Shown: positions 1-9,753 of the stretch, piece after piece
Numbering within the stretch: the stretch's first letter is position 1
Layout of the letters: each line of letters starts with the position of its first letter
The notes under the pieces: model-generated
What the model saw: only the letters and a program-made list of their open reading frames with translations
Told to the model about the DNA's origin: nothing
Database searches by the model: none
Position numbers and translations under genes: made by a program
NCBI GenBank assembly: GCA_040752675.1
Contig: JBFMGF010000061.1
Location: 2,105 to 66,104 of the forward strand
Length of the DNA: 64,000 bases
Reading direction: 5' to 3'
Source: Acidobacteriota bacterium
GTDB lineage: Bacteria > Acidobacteriota > Polarisedimenticolia > JBFMGF01

Positions 1-633
1 GTGGATCGGACATTCCCTGAAGCACTGCATAAGTTCATCGACGACCTCTTTCCCCATGCTGCTCAGGATATCCGCGATCCGGATTGTTGACCATCGGTTC
101 GGCTCAGCCAGCGCCTGAACGAGAGGCTTCGCTGCGGCTATTCCCTTCATGTTTCCGAGCGCCTTGGCCGATCTGACTCTGACCTCCGGAACCGGATCCG
201 CTATCAGCTTCGCAAGCGGATCGATCGCTCTTCTGCTTTCCGCCACTCCAAGATTTTCCGCCGACTGCGCCCGTTTCCACCACCTTACCGATTTCAATCC
301 CTTGAGGTAGCTATCCACGTAGCCAAGATCCTCGAAGGCTTTTGTAATTCTCTCCTTGGCCGTACCCTTGACGACATGGGCGTTATCGACAAGGATCTTT
401 TCCACGATAGTCGAATCGAACGGGCGCAACAGACCGGAAAGATACTTCCCGACGTCGCCACTCTCCGAGTTGACGTATTTCAGGATGGCCGGCTCAAGTG
501 TTCGCCGCCTCCTCCTGCAGTAAAAAGCCCAGAGGTCCCTTGTCGCCTTGTTCCCCATGATCAGCAGGGTCAGGAAAATGAATATGGCCCCAACAATCAT
601 TACGGTAATAAGAAGGGCTTGAAAGGCTATCAT
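1..633 (-). CDS. HEAT-repeat protein with N-terminal transmembrane helix (3' end runs off the window)
   Basis: Absent from the ORF track because it has no stop in the window. My reverse translation from ATG 633-631 gives MIAFQALLITVMIVGAIFIFLTLLIMGNKATRDLW (hydrophobic helix). Later it reads ...ESRRAIDPLAKLIADPVPEVRVRSAKALGNMKGIAAAKPL..., a HEAT/PBS-lyase-type repeat. The start overlaps the receiver gene stop (ATGA at 630-633). Confidence 0.6.
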   Translation of the reverse strand, partial: MIAFQALLITVMIVGAIFIFLTLLIMGNKATRDLWAFYCRRRRRTLEPAILKYVNSESGDVGKYLSGLLRPFDSTIVEKILVDNAHVVKGTAKERITKAFEDLGYVDSYLKGLKSVRWWKRAQSAENLGVAESRRAIDPLAKLIADPVPEVRVRSAKALGNMKGIAAAKPLVQALAEPNRWSTIRIADILSSMGKEVVDELMQCFRECPIH

Positions 634-1016
634 TTTTTCCTCTTAGATCTTTCCAAAAGTTTCTTTATTCTTGTCACGAGTTCTAGGGCATTGAAGGGTT
701 TCACAATGTAATCATCAGCCCCTTCCTCAAGCCCCTTCACGATGTCATCCTCCTTATCCTTCATCGACAGGATAATTATCGGAGTATCCTTCAACTTATT
801 CTCTCTCCTGATCGTCCTGATGATCTCGAAGCCATCCATGTAGGGCATGACAAGATCGGTCACGATGACCTCGGGATGGTATATCAGAGCGGCCTGGAGC
901 GTCCTTTCCCCGTCCTCCGCCGTTATAACCTGGTATCCCTTATCTTTTAAAAGAGCGCTTAAAAAGCTGAGTATGATCGGGTCATCATCCGCTATGAGTA
1001 TTCTCTCTCCTGCCAT
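630..1016 (-). CDS. Single-domain response regulator (CheY-like receiver)
   Basis: 128 aa: ILIADDDPIILSFL...VIVTDLVMPYMDGFEII...PIIILS...DDYIVKPF. Acidic pocket, phospho-acceptor Asp and conserved Lys are present. No output domain. Confidence 0.9.
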   Translation of the reverse strand: MAGERILIADDDPIILSFLSALLKDKGYQVITAEDGERTLQAALIYHPEVIVTDLVMPYMDGFEIIRTIRRENKLKDTPIIILSMKDKEDDIVKGLEEGADDYIVKPFNALELVTRIKKLLERSKRKK

Positions 1017-1066
1017 AATCTCTTTTCATCAGATTCCAGAACATTATATATGACACCCACAGAAGG

Positions 1067-2923
1067 CTAAAATTGGAATCTCAGCCTTGCTCCTGCCGTC
1101 GTGCTGCTGTATCCAGTACCGACCTGGAGGGCGTAATCGGTCTTACTGCCGTAAAACTCCAGAGCCACTCTCTTCGCGATGTTGATACCAAACAAGGCGC
1201 CTCCTCCAAAGAAGGAGTCATCACCGCTTCTCGTTTCCGTTCCGTCGGGATTTTTAAAACGAAAGCTCTGAAGGCCCCCATCCATCGATAGCGCATAGTA
1301 GAAGAGAGCGTTTGGTGTCCTTCCAGAAAGCTCGATGTTCAAGGCGTTCGATACGTAACGTTGCGGATCGAAGTAACCACTGTCCCGATTCTCATCGAAA
1401 GAGAGATACCGGAATCTGTAAGAGACGGTTAGCGACGGCTTCATAAGGGGAACCGTGTATCTTACCGAGAAGGTGGCGTCGTCTCTCGTGTTTTTGTCCA
1501 TCGGGTCATCGTAATCGACATCCTCGTCATTGCCATCCGAAAAATCGCTCCGTTCATACCTCAGATAGAGCCTGAGTGGCTTCGCGATCGTGTAAGAAAA
1601 ATCGGTATGGGAGGAATCGACGACGAGGTCGTTGTTGATAGTCTCAACGGTCACCTTGAAGGTATCCCTGCTGACGCCGATTCCCCAGTGGAGCTTCTCT
1701 CCATGGGAATACCTGTATGCAAGAGCCCCTACCAGGTATGTTTTGCTCTCCCCCAGCATGTCTTCCAGCCGCTCTCCTCCCAGTCGTGCGTAGAAGAAGT
1801 TTCTTCTGCTCAGCCGGCTGGCCAATGTCACCCCATAAGAATTCACGGAGGCTGATGCTTCGTGGAGTTCCAGATCGTACCGGGCAAGGTTGACGCCCAT
1901 GTCGGTCTGGGGCTCTGGATGGAAAACAAAGTCCGCTCTGTAGATGCTGATCGTGTTATCTTCTGAATCGTCGATCCAGTCATAAGCAGTAGTGATGTGT
2001 GGCCTGAGAGAAGTCCGTACATCGCCAAGAAGGGATTGGGCTTTTTCATTCTGGGGAACTTCTTCTACAAGTTTTCTGGCGATTCTCCTGGCTTCCCTCT
2101 TCTCCCCCTGCCACAGGAGGACTCTTGCCAACCCTGTGTTTGCATCGACGTTTTTAGAATCTGCCTCTAGTGCCTTCCTGTACTCTGCCTCCGCTTCCGG
2201 GTATTTCCCCTGCCAGGATAGGACGTTGGCAAGTCCGACCAGGACCTCGACATCATCAGGGTCAGCGCTCTTCAATTTCCTGAACTCTGCCTCCGAATCC
2301 TTCATATCCCCCTTCCACGAGAGGACTCTTGCAAGCCCCAGCCTTGCCTCTTTATCATCGGGATTCTTCTTAAGGATCGCTTCATACTCTGTGATCGATT
2401 CAGGGTATCTCTTTCCCCAGCTTAGAACTCTTGCCAGCTTCAGGCGGACATCCCTGTTATCCGGATCCTTCAAGAGGATATCCCGGTAGATATCGATCGA
2501 GTGTTCATAATCACTATTCCAAGAGTAAACGTCCGCAAGGTTGATCTTAGATTGCCTATCTCCTGGATCGATTGAAAGAACCTTTTCATAATAACTGATG
2601 GAAGATGCGTATTCCTTCTGCCAGCTCGAAAGTAGAGCCGCTTTTTTCAAGGCTTCAAGGTTGTCCGGCAAAGATCTCAGGATTTCCCTGTATATCTCCA
2701 GAGCCTTCCCTACTTCTCCACCGTTAAGGGCGGCTTCAGCCCTTTTCATCTTTTCTTCCACTTCACCAGAAAGAGCCAAGGAAACAACAAGGATCAGGAA
2801 TGATGCAAAGAGATATCTCTTCACCGTCGTCATCCTCCAATTGAAATTTTTCATCTCGCGCTGCCTCGAGCCAACTCTGGGTTCAAAATTCCTCGGGCTG
2901 AAAAAGCCCTTGGAAATGTTCAC
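1067..2923 (-). CDS. TPR-repeat protein fused to a C-terminal outer-membrane beta-barrel (PgaA/PelB/BcsC-like polysaccharide export porin architecture)
   Basis: Signal/TM segment (YLFASFLILVVSLALSG) and multiple TPR-like units (ALEIYREILRSLPDN, SISYYEKVLSIDPGD, IDIYRDILLKDPDN, ...). The C-terminal ~300 aa show an alternating beta-strand pattern ending ...GARLRFQF (terminal aromatic residue). A 4-nt overlap with the upstream gene suggests an operon. The likely true start is the internal MKNFNW. Confidence 0.7.
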   Translation of the reverse strand: MNISKGFFSPRNFEPRVGSRQREMKNFNWRMTTVKRYLFASFLILVVSLALSGEVEEKMKRAEAALNGGEVGKALEIYREILRSLPDNLEALKKAALLSSWQKEYASSISYYEKVLSIDPGDRQSKINLADVYSWNSDYEHSIDIYRDILLKDPDNRDVRLKLARVLSWGKRYPESITEYEAILKKNPDDKEARLGLARVLSWKGDMKDSEAEFRKLKSADPDDVEVLVGLANVLSWQGKYPEAEAEYRKALEADSKNVDANTGLARVLLWQGEKREARRIARKLVEEVPQNEKAQSLLGDVRTSLRPHITTAYDWIDDSEDNTISIYRADFVFHPEPQTDMGVNLARYDLELHEASASVNSYGVTLASRLSRRNFFYARLGGERLEDMLGESKTYLVGALAYRYSHGEKLHWGIGVSRDTFKVTVETINNDLVVDSSHTDFSYTIAKPLRLYLRYERSDFSDGNDEDVDYDDPMDKNTRDDATFSVRYTVPLMKPSLTVSYRFRYLSFDENRDSGYFDPQRYVSNALNIELSGRTPNALFYYALSMDGGLQSFRFKNPDGTETRSGDDSFFGGGALFGINIAKRVALEFYGSKTDYALQVGTGYSSTTAGARLRFQF

Positions 2924-5832
2924 TCCATAATATAGGTTTTAATTTTTGAAAAATCATCTTTTAGAATAAAATAGCTATCCTTTAAATATGAATGGTAATG
3001 AGGGATTTCCCATTCTTTCCAATCGTAAAGCGGAGCCGATCTCAGACCTTTTCTCCCCATTTCATAGACGGGGGGAAATGTATCAGCCACCGCATCTCTT
3101 TCTTCTGATGGATTGATCGAAGTGACGTAGAAGTGGAACCCTTCGGTCCTGACGGTATCCAGAGGAGCCAGATGGCTTCCCTCCTGGTGCAGGACTCGCT
3201 TCGAGCTCGGATCCGTCACGTTTAGCAGTCCCCATGGAATTCTTACCTCTATGAAGGCTTGTTCCAGGTTCAGATACCAGTCAGCAAGGGAGTCGTAGTC
3301 CTTCGAACCCCTCTCCATGCTTCCAAATCGCAGAGGGCTCTTGCTATAACTTATGGCATGATAGACGGTCCCGTCCCTTCCGTATCTCTCCCTGTTCGTC
3401 TCCGACTTTATCTCTATGAATTTGCCATCCCTGTTCGGAAGCGACCGGTATGGACCCCACCCTTCCGCCGTGTGGATGAATGTGCTGTAAGGCTCATCGA
3501 CGTGGATTCTCGATTCTTTTTCCCCTTTCAATTCGATCATGAACTCCATCCCGCTTGGAGTGAAGACATCTGCAGGGGGAGGAAACCGGAAATCACCCAG
3601 GTCGCTTCGATAGCTGTCGATTCCGATGAAATAGCTCGCCTTTTCCCAATCGGCTTTTCCATCCATGTTGCAGTCGAGGGAGCCCAGGTCGATCCTGAGA
3701 TAAAGATATCCCTCATCGCATGTCACGTAAAACTGTTTGAGGTCCCGAGCCGCATCGAACCCATCCCCGAACCTCTTCCTGACTGACAGCTTAACCTTTT
3801 CTCCTTCATCACCTGACGATTCGGCCTTCTCGCCCGAGAATTTACTCTCCCTGTCATCAACGTAGAGGGGAGTAGATGTCTTCCAGTCATCTGGCTTTCC
3901 ATCTATGCTGACCTTCCAGCCATCACGTCCGGGTTTCATGGCGAGAAGGCCGTAGTTCTGCTCCGGATCAATGGCGTTGTACCAGAGAGGATTCCTCTCG
4001 AGAGGATTCTCGAAATCGACAGTCAGCCAGTTTTTCTTGAACCACTCGTCGATCCAGGAAAAGACGATCCCGCCGGCACATTTCGTATCAACGATGTTCT
4101 TCATGAGCCTTCGGCAGATCCTCCCCTGCTCGATCTCGGTATGCCCGCCATGGTTGAACCGCTGCGACTGAAAATGGGAGATTCCCCTGCTCGTCGGAAC
4201 TCCAAATTCTGCCACCAGAAGAGGCTGGTTCTTATGATAGTTCTTCAGGTCTTTCAGATAGCCGAGGTAGTTGTTCCGCCCCTCTGAGTCTTCAGCTTTC
4301 GAATACCCGGGGTCATTGTTGAGGAAATCAGGGTGATAGGGATAGATATGGTATGAGGCGAAGAAGCCGGCTATCATCTGCTCAGTCGGAATGATGTGTG
4401 TCGCATCGACGCTCACGGCATCGTCGTCGTACTGCTCCCCCTTGACAGGGTCAACCTTCAGGCCAAGTCTCCTTTTGATTTCGTTCTCCTCTATCTTCGA
4501 GGTCTCCGTAGGATGATGGATCGGATCGAGAGTGGGCCAGCTGGAGTAAGCAAGCGGGTGCTGCATGCGGTATATCTCACTCTCGTATGCGGCGGTGAAG
4601 TTGCATATCTCCGCCATCCAGCATTCCAGTGGGTTGCCTTTCTCCACACGGAAATACTCACCATTGTACCAGATCCTGTCTGGATACCTGTCGTTGAACT
4701 TGATCACCGAGAAAGGTTCCCATTCCCTTCCCAGGATCATGGCAAGGAGATACTCCGAGACATCGGCATCGTATTCCCCGTGCGCATGCCCCGGCCTGAG
4801 GGCGATCTCGATGTTCCCGTGAACTGCGTCTATGACCCTCGCGATGTCCGCCTTAAACTCGTTTATGAACTGCTGGTCATAGAAATCGTTCTCCGGCGGA
4901 AGCTCGACCCAGACTCCCTGGATCAGCCATAGCCTGTTCACTCCTGCCTTCTCGTTGTGTTCTTTCAGGGCCCTGTAGAAGACGGGAGGAAGCAGCGTGT
5001 AGACTCTTACCGCGTTGGCGTTCATTTCGGAGATCTTGTGGAGCCAGTCCAGGTATAGCTCCTTATCCATAGGGAACTCAGCCGGAAATTTTCCTGGAAG
5101 GGCTACGCCAATGTTGACACCCTTGATGAAGATATCTTTCCATCCGCCATCGACGTTTGCGGCAAAATATTCTTTTCCTGCCTTGAAGTTCACCTTGATC
5201 GGAATTTCTTTAGAGAGCGGCCCTCTTTTTATGACGTCTTCTCCAGAACCCATGAGGAAAGCTATCTGTTCACGGAGGCTACGCAGTTCACAATCTTCAG
5301 GGTTCAGAATAAGGGCTCTATCAAAAAGGGTCTTGGCTTCCCTGAAATTCCCGGAAAACTTTTTGACGATTCCCAGTCCCTTCATGGCATCGGAGCTCTC
5401 CGGTTGACTCTCGAGAATTTTCTGAAAAAGCTGTTCGCTTTCAGGCAGTTTGCCTGTTTGCAATTTTGAGTAGGCAAGCCCGCTCAAAACGTCGGTCGAT
5501 TTTGGAAATTTTTTATAGGCGCGAGTAAAAAGTTGCTCCGATGACTTGAAATCCCCCTTTCGGTAATGAGACCACCCAAGCAGAACCATCGCATCATGAT
5601 GATCATCATCGACGGCGAGGAGCTCCTTCAGCAAGACCATAGCCTCATCGAACCTTCCATTCTGGAAGAGTTTATTCGCTCCTTCATATTTCTCCTCCAT
5701 TTCCCTGCTTTCGCCGGTGCTGTCATGAAACACCGCCCCTATGAGCAACATGCCGCTGATGAAGGAAAGAATGAGCGCAAGAACGAGGGAAACCGTCAGA
5801 ACGACCCATTTTTCGATACTATGAGATGTCAT
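2920..5832 (-). CDS. Membrane-anchored TPR protein with a clan GH-A-like (beta/alpha)8 glycoside hydrolase-like core and a C-terminal beta-rich domain
   Basis: 970 aa with an N-terminal TM helix (WVVLTVSLVLALILSFISGMLLIGAV) and TPR units. The core carries FIKGVNIGV..., NAVRVYTLLPP and LLVAEFGVP motifs reminiscent of retaining TIM-barrel glycosidases or transglycosylases. Family assignment is by motif only. Confidence 0.55.
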   Translation of the reverse strand: MTSHSIEKWVVLTVSLVLALILSFISGMLLIGAVFHDSTGESREMEEKYEGANKLFQNGRFDEAMVLLKELLAVDDDHHDAMVLLGWSHYRKGDFKSSEQLFTRAYKKFPKSTDVLSGLAYSKLQTGKLPESEQLFQKILESQPESSDAMKGLGIVKKFSGNFREAKTLFDRALILNPEDCELRSLREQIAFLMGSGEDVIKRGPLSKEIPIKVNFKAGKEYFAANVDGGWKDIFIKGVNIGVALPGKFPAEFPMDKELYLDWLHKISEMNANAVRVYTLLPPVFYRALKEHNEKAGVNRLWLIQGVWVELPPENDFYDQQFINEFKADIARVIDAVHGNIEIALRPGHAHGEYDADVSEYLLAMILGREWEPFSVIKFNDRYPDRIWYNGEYFRVEKGNPLECWMAEICNFTAAYESEIYRMQHPLAYSSWPTLDPIHHPTETSKIEENEIKRRLGLKVDPVKGEQYDDDAVSVDATHIIPTEQMIAGFFASYHIYPYHPDFLNNDPGYSKAEDSEGRNNYLGYLKDLKNYHKNQPLLVAEFGVPTSRGISHFQSQRFNHGGHTEIEQGRICRRLMKNIVDTKCAGGIVFSWIDEWFKKNWLTVDFENPLERNPLWYNAIDPEQNYGLLAMKPGRDGWKVSIDGKPDDWKTSTPLYVDDRESKFSGEKAESSGDEGEKVKLSVRKRFGDGFDAARDLKQFYVTCDEGYLYLRIDLGSLDCNMDGKADWEKASYFIGIDSYRSDLGDFRFPPPADVFTPSGMEFMIELKGEKESRIHVDEPYSTFIHTAEGWGPYRSLPNRDGKFIEIKSETNRERYGRDGTVYHAISYSKSPLRFGSMERGSKDYDSLADWYLNLEQAFIEVRIPWGLLNVTDPSSKRVLHQEGSHLAPLDTVRTEGFHFYVTSINPSEERDAVADTFPPVYEMGRKGLRSAPLYDWKEWEIPHYHSYLKDSYFILKDDFSKIKTYIME

Positions 5833-5985
5833 TCAGGAAATGTCCGTTTGCATGAGTGAAGAGTAAGTGAACAGGAAAAGTTCCTTGGCATAGTTGAAAA
5901 TGTCTGATAAAGTATCATTCTTTTCAATCATCAAATGACAATATATATTCCCGCCACAGAATTGTCATCTCAACTTGCGCGTTTC

Positions 5986-6013
5986 TTGACAAGGTGGACT
6001 TAGAAAGTATAAT
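5986..6013 (+). promoter_or_regulatory. Sigma-70-type promoter (TTGACA-16 nt-TATAAT) for dprA
   Basis: TTGACA at 5986-5991 and TATAAT at 6008-6013. It overlaps the ORF-track start of dprA, so the real start is probably the in-frame GTG at 6042, preceded by GGGGAGAG. Confidence 0.5.
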
Positions 6014-7214
6014 GTGCACTCGCCTCCCGGGGAGAGTATATGTGGAGGAGAAAGAGCTTTATCTTCTTGCGCTCACGGTAGTCAAGAAGGTGGGGCCAGT
6101 AACGATTGACAAGATCATCAGCTTCTTCGGAGATACGAAGCTCCCCTTCAGTGTAAACCGGGAGATGCTGCTTCAGGTCAACGGCCTTTCAGAGATAGCC
6201 GCCGACGAGATCGTCCGGATGAATCCTGAAAGAGAAGCAGAAAGGATCTTGAAAGAAGTCAGAAAAGCTGGTGCTTTTGTTTTGACCATTTTTAGCGATC
6301 AATATCCCGTCCTGCTCAAGGAGATTCACGATCCCCCACCCGTCCTCTACTGCAAGGGACGGATCGACAATGATCTGAAGATTGCCGTCGTCGGGACGAG
6401 GAGGGCCACTCCATACGGGAAGATCGTCGCCGAAAATCTTGGGTTCGAGCTGGCATCCCATGGAATCACCGTGGTCAGCGGCCTTGCCAGAGGAGTCGAT
6501 ACCGAAGCTCACAGAGGGGCACTTAATGCCGGCGGAAGGACGATCGCCGTTCTCGGATGCGGGTTCCATCACATCTACCCAAAGGAAAACAGGAAGCTCG
6601 CCGATAGTATCTCCGAAAACGGTGCCGTTATCACTGAGTTCCCCATGGAAATCCAGCCGGTCCCCGAAAACTTTCCAAGGAGGAACAGGATCATCAGCGG
6701 CCTCTCCGTAGCCACCGTGATCGTTGAGGCAGAAGAGAGGAGCGGTGCCCTGATCACTGCCAACCTTGCTCTCGAACAGGGAAGGGAGGTCTTTGCAGTT
6801 CCTGGAAACATCACCTCAAGGAAGAGCCTCGGGCCGAACAGGCTCATAAAGGATGGAGCCACACCTCTCATCGATTTCGATGACATATTTAATGAACTCC
6901 CGGCTCATCGTTTCGCCGGAGAAGAAAAGAGCAAAATGCAGGAGCCAGAAGATTCCAAAAAGAAGGGGCTTCAAGAGAGTGGACAAAAGGAAGACAGGGA
7001 TAAAAAGTCAATAAAAGAACTGGCGCTGGATGAGGATGAAAGTAAGATCCTCTCTCTTCTCTCAGTCGACGAGCCCATGCACATCGACAGGATTGCAGAT
7101 CTGAGCAGGATCAGGATCAATCGGCTCCTCGGTGCTATACTCGCGCTCGAGATGAGGGGCTTGGTTGACCAATTGCCAGGAAATCATTACATTAAGAAAT
7201 TGATACGCTCATGA
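5994..7214 (+). CDS. dprA: DNA-processing protein DprA (Smf)
   Basis: VVSGLARGVDTEAHRGALNAGGRTIAVLGCGFHHIYPKEN and AVPGNITS motifs. A C-terminal winged-helix-like tail is present. The gene sits upstream of topA, the classic dprA-topA pairing. Confidence 0.9.
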   Translation: MDLESIMCTRLPGRVYVEEKELYLLALTVVKKVGPVTIDKIISFFGDTKLPFSVNREMLLQVNGLSEIAADEIVRMNPEREAERILKEVRKAGAFVLTIFSDQYPVLLKEIHDPPPVLYCKGRIDNDLKIAVVGTRRATPYGKIVAENLGFELASHGITVVSGLARGVDTEAHRGALNAGGRTIAVLGCGFHHIYPKENRKLADSISENGAVITEFPMEIQPVPENFPRRNRIISGLSVATVIVEAEERSGALITANLALEQGREVFAVPGNITSRKSLGPNRLIKDGATPLIDFDDIFNELPAHRFAGEEKSKMQEPEDSKKKGLQESGQKEDRDKKSIKELALDEDESKILSLLSVDEPMHIDRIADLSRIRINRLLGAILALEMRGLVDQLPGNHYIKKLIRS

Positions 7215-7273
7215 GAAAGCAGTTTCATGCTGGATTGCGAAAATTTACTTAATAAAATGAGGGTACCGTAAAA

Positions 7274-9691
7274 TTGAGTAAGTTACTTGTCATCGTGGAA
7301 TCGCCGGCGAAGGCAAAAACAATAAATAAGTTCCTGGGAAAGGATTACACTGTCAAAGCATCGATGGGGCACATCCGCGACCTTCCAAAGAGCAAGCTTG
7401 GAGTCAACGAGGAAAACTCCTTCGAGCCGACTTATAAAGTCCTCCCTGACAAGGTAAAGGTCGTTGCAGAATTGAAGAAAGCTTCGATGAAGGCGAAAGA
7501 AATCTTCCTTGCTCCCGACCCTGACCGGGAAGGGGAGGCTATATGCTGGCACCTGAAGGAAGAGCTTAAAAGGACGAAGGCGAAGTTCCACAGGGTCCTC
7601 TTCAACGAGATCACGAAGAGAGCCGTGCTCGAGGCATTCCAGAATCCCTCCGACATTGACACGAACAAGGTGGATGCACAGCAGGCGCGCAGGATCGTGG
7701 ACCGGCTCGTTGGATACAAGATCTCGCCTCTCCTCTGGGAAAAGGTGAGGCGCGGCCTGAGCGCTGGAAGGGTCCAATCCGTTGCCCTGAGAATCATCTG
7801 CGACCGCGAGAGGGAGATCAAAGCCTTTGTTCCGGAAGAGTATTGGACGATAATCGCGCATCTGGCTTCCGATAAACCTCCTGTTTTCAAAGCGAGGCTC
7901 ATCGAAGAAAAAGGGGAGAAGATAAAGATCCCGAACGAATCAGAGGCTAAGAGGGTCGTGGCCGCTCTCGAAAAAGCCGACTTCATCGTAGAAAAGATCG
8001 ATGCGAAGGAAAAGAAGAAGAGCCCTCCTCCACCCTTCCTGACAAGTAAACTACAGCAGGATGCCTACCGGAAGTTCGGTTTCCCCGTCAAGAAGACGAT
8101 GAGGATCGCGCAGGACCTTTATGAAGGAAAAGACTTGGGAGACCTCGGCACCGTGGGTCTCATCACGTACATGAGGACAGACTCAACGAGGGTCTCGATG
8201 GATGCCATCCACTGGGCAAGACGATGCATCGTCAAGAATTTTGGAAACGATTATCTTCCCGAAAAGCCCAGGATCTACAAATCAAGGAAGGGGGCTCAGG
8301 AAGCCCATGAGGCGATCAGACCGACGAGCTGCGACCTGCCTCCCGAGAAGGTCAGGAAATATCTCACCAGCGATGAATTGAAGCTCTACACACAGATCTG
8401 GAACCGATTCATCGCCTCTCAGATGGAATCGGCCGCATTCGATACGACGACAGTCGACGTCAGAGCAGGTGACTTTCTGTTGAGAACCTCTGGTTCCGTG
8501 ATGAAATTCCCTGGTTGGCTCGCCGTCTACCGGGATTTCGAGGAAAAAGAAGCCGATGAATCCAGGGAAGGGAGCGAAGAAAAAGAGGCATTGCAGATCC
8601 CGCCCCTTGAAGAGGGAAAACCTTTAAAACTTGAGAGAGTCGAATCCCAGCAGGACTTCACGCAACCTCCCCCGAGGTTCTCGGAAGGAACGCTCGTTAA
8701 AGAGCTCGAGGAAAATGGGATCGGAAGGCCGAGCACATACGCCACCATCATCGCCACTCTGCAGAACAGGGACTATGTGAACAAGGACAAGGGCAAGTTT
8801 GTGCCAACGGAACTAGGCTTCTTAATCGCAGACCTCATGGTGGAGCATTTCGGTGACATTGTTGACATTGGATACACCGCGCGACTCGAGGAAGAGCTCG
8901 ACGAGATAGAGGAAGGGAAGCTCAACTGGATCGATGCCCTTAAAGAGTTCAACGATAAGTTCAACGATGACCTGAAGAGAGCTGAAGCGGAGATGAAGGA
9001 TGTGAAACGGGAGGAAATTCCGACCGAGCTCAACTGCCCGGAATGCGGAAAGCCGATGGTCAAGAAGTGGGGCCGCTACGGTTATTTTCTTGCCTGCTCG
9101 GGATATCCCGACTGCAAGCATACCCAGGAGCTTGCCGAGAATGGCGAAGAGGCACACGAGTTCGCCGATGAGACCGAAGAGACCTGTGAAAAGTGTGGAA
9201 ACAGGATGGTTGTCAAGAAGGGGCGATTCGGCAGATTTTTAGCCTGCTCCGCCTATCCTGCCTGCAAAAATACGAAAAAGATCATCGTCAACCATGAAGG
9301 GAAGGTTGAGACGAAGGAAGAAAAGACCTTGGATGAGAAGTGCCCGAAATGCGGCAAGAATCTCATCGTCAAGCATGGCCGTTTCGGAGAATTCACCACC
9401 TGCAGCAACTACCCTAAATGCAAATACATCAAACATAAAGAGACAGGGGTCAAATGCCCCGAAAAGGGGTGCGGCGGGATGATCGTCGAGAAGAAGAGCC
9501 GCAGGGGAAGGATCTTTTACGGCTGCGGCCACTACCCGAAATGCAAATTCGTCATCTGGCAGAAGCCGATCAAGGAGAAGTGCCCGGAATGCGGCGCCGA
9601 GTTCCTCGTCGAAAAAGTCTCAAAGAAGAGCGGCCGCTCCCTCCAGTGCCTCACCGATGGATGCTCCTTTAAGACGCCCCTTCCGTCCTGA
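7274..9691 (+). CDS. topA: DNA topoisomerase I with five C-terminal zinc-ribbon repeats
   Basis: TOPRIM N-terminus LVIVESPAKAKTINKFLG and active-site region GLITYMRTDS. There are five CxxC...CxxC/C ribbons (CPECGKPMV..., CEKCGNRMV..., CPKCGKNLI..., CPEKGCGGMI..., CPECGAEFL...). The start codon is TTG. Confidence 0.95.
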   Translation: MSKLLVIVESPAKAKTINKFLGKDYTVKASMGHIRDLPKSKLGVNEENSFEPTYKVLPDKVKVVAELKKASMKAKEIFLAPDPDREGEAICWHLKEELKRTKAKFHRVLFNEITKRAVLEAFQNPSDIDTNKVDAQQARRIVDRLVGYKISPLLWEKVRRGLSAGRVQSVALRIICDREREIKAFVPEEYWTIIAHLASDKPPVFKARLIEEKGEKIKIPNESEAKRVVAALEKADFIVEKIDAKEKKKSPPPPFLTSKLQQDAYRKFGFPVKKTMRIAQDLYEGKDLGDLGTVGLITYMRTDSTRVSMDAIHWARRCIVKNFGNDYLPEKPRIYKSRKGAQEAHEAIRPTSCDLPPEKVRKYLTSDELKLYTQIWNRFIASQMESAAFDTTTVDVRAGDFLLRTSGSVMKFPGWLAVYRDFEEKEADESREGSEEKEALQIPPLEEGKPLKLERVESQQDFTQPPPRFSEGTLVKELEENGIGRPSTYATIIATLQNRDYVNKDKGKFVPTELGFLIADLMVEHFGDIVDIGYTARLEEELDEIEEGKLNWIDALKEFNDKFNDDLKRAEAEMKDVKREEIPTELNCPECGKPMVKKWGRYGYFLACSGYPDCKHTQELAENGEEAHEFADETEETCEKCGNRMVVKKGRFGRFLACSAYPACKNTKKIIVNHEGKVETKEEKTLDEKCPKCGKNLIVKHGRFGEFTTCSNYPKCKYIKHKETGVKCPEKGCGGMIVEKKSRRGRIFYGCGHYPKCKFVIWQKPIKEKCPECGAEFLVEKVSKKSGRSLQCLTDGCSFKTPLPS

Positions 9692-9753
9692 GATTTTTCA
9701 TATGCGAGTGCACGCGCCTGTTAGGCCGTGCAAATTGCTTGTGCTTAGCAAAT

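Noticed and set aside
376-711. 111-aa plus-strand ORF at the left edge.
   Set aside because: It lies antisense to a much better supported minus-strand HEAT-repeat gene (start 633) and overlaps the receiver gene stop. It has no motif support.
5886-5900. Sigma-54 promoter-like TGGCATAGTTGA upstream of dprA.
   Set aside because: The -12 element reads TTGA rather than TTGC at the required GG-N10-GC spacing. No enhancer-binding protein is nearby, and a much better sigma-70 promoter lies at 5986-6013.
9692-9753. A complete third attC site downstream of the VOC gene.
   Set aside because: Only an R''-like box (GCCTAAC, minus strand 9726-9720) and small hairpins are visible. The expected L'/R' half would fall inside the topA 3' end and is not recognisable. 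I treat it as a possible truncated site and not as a called feature.
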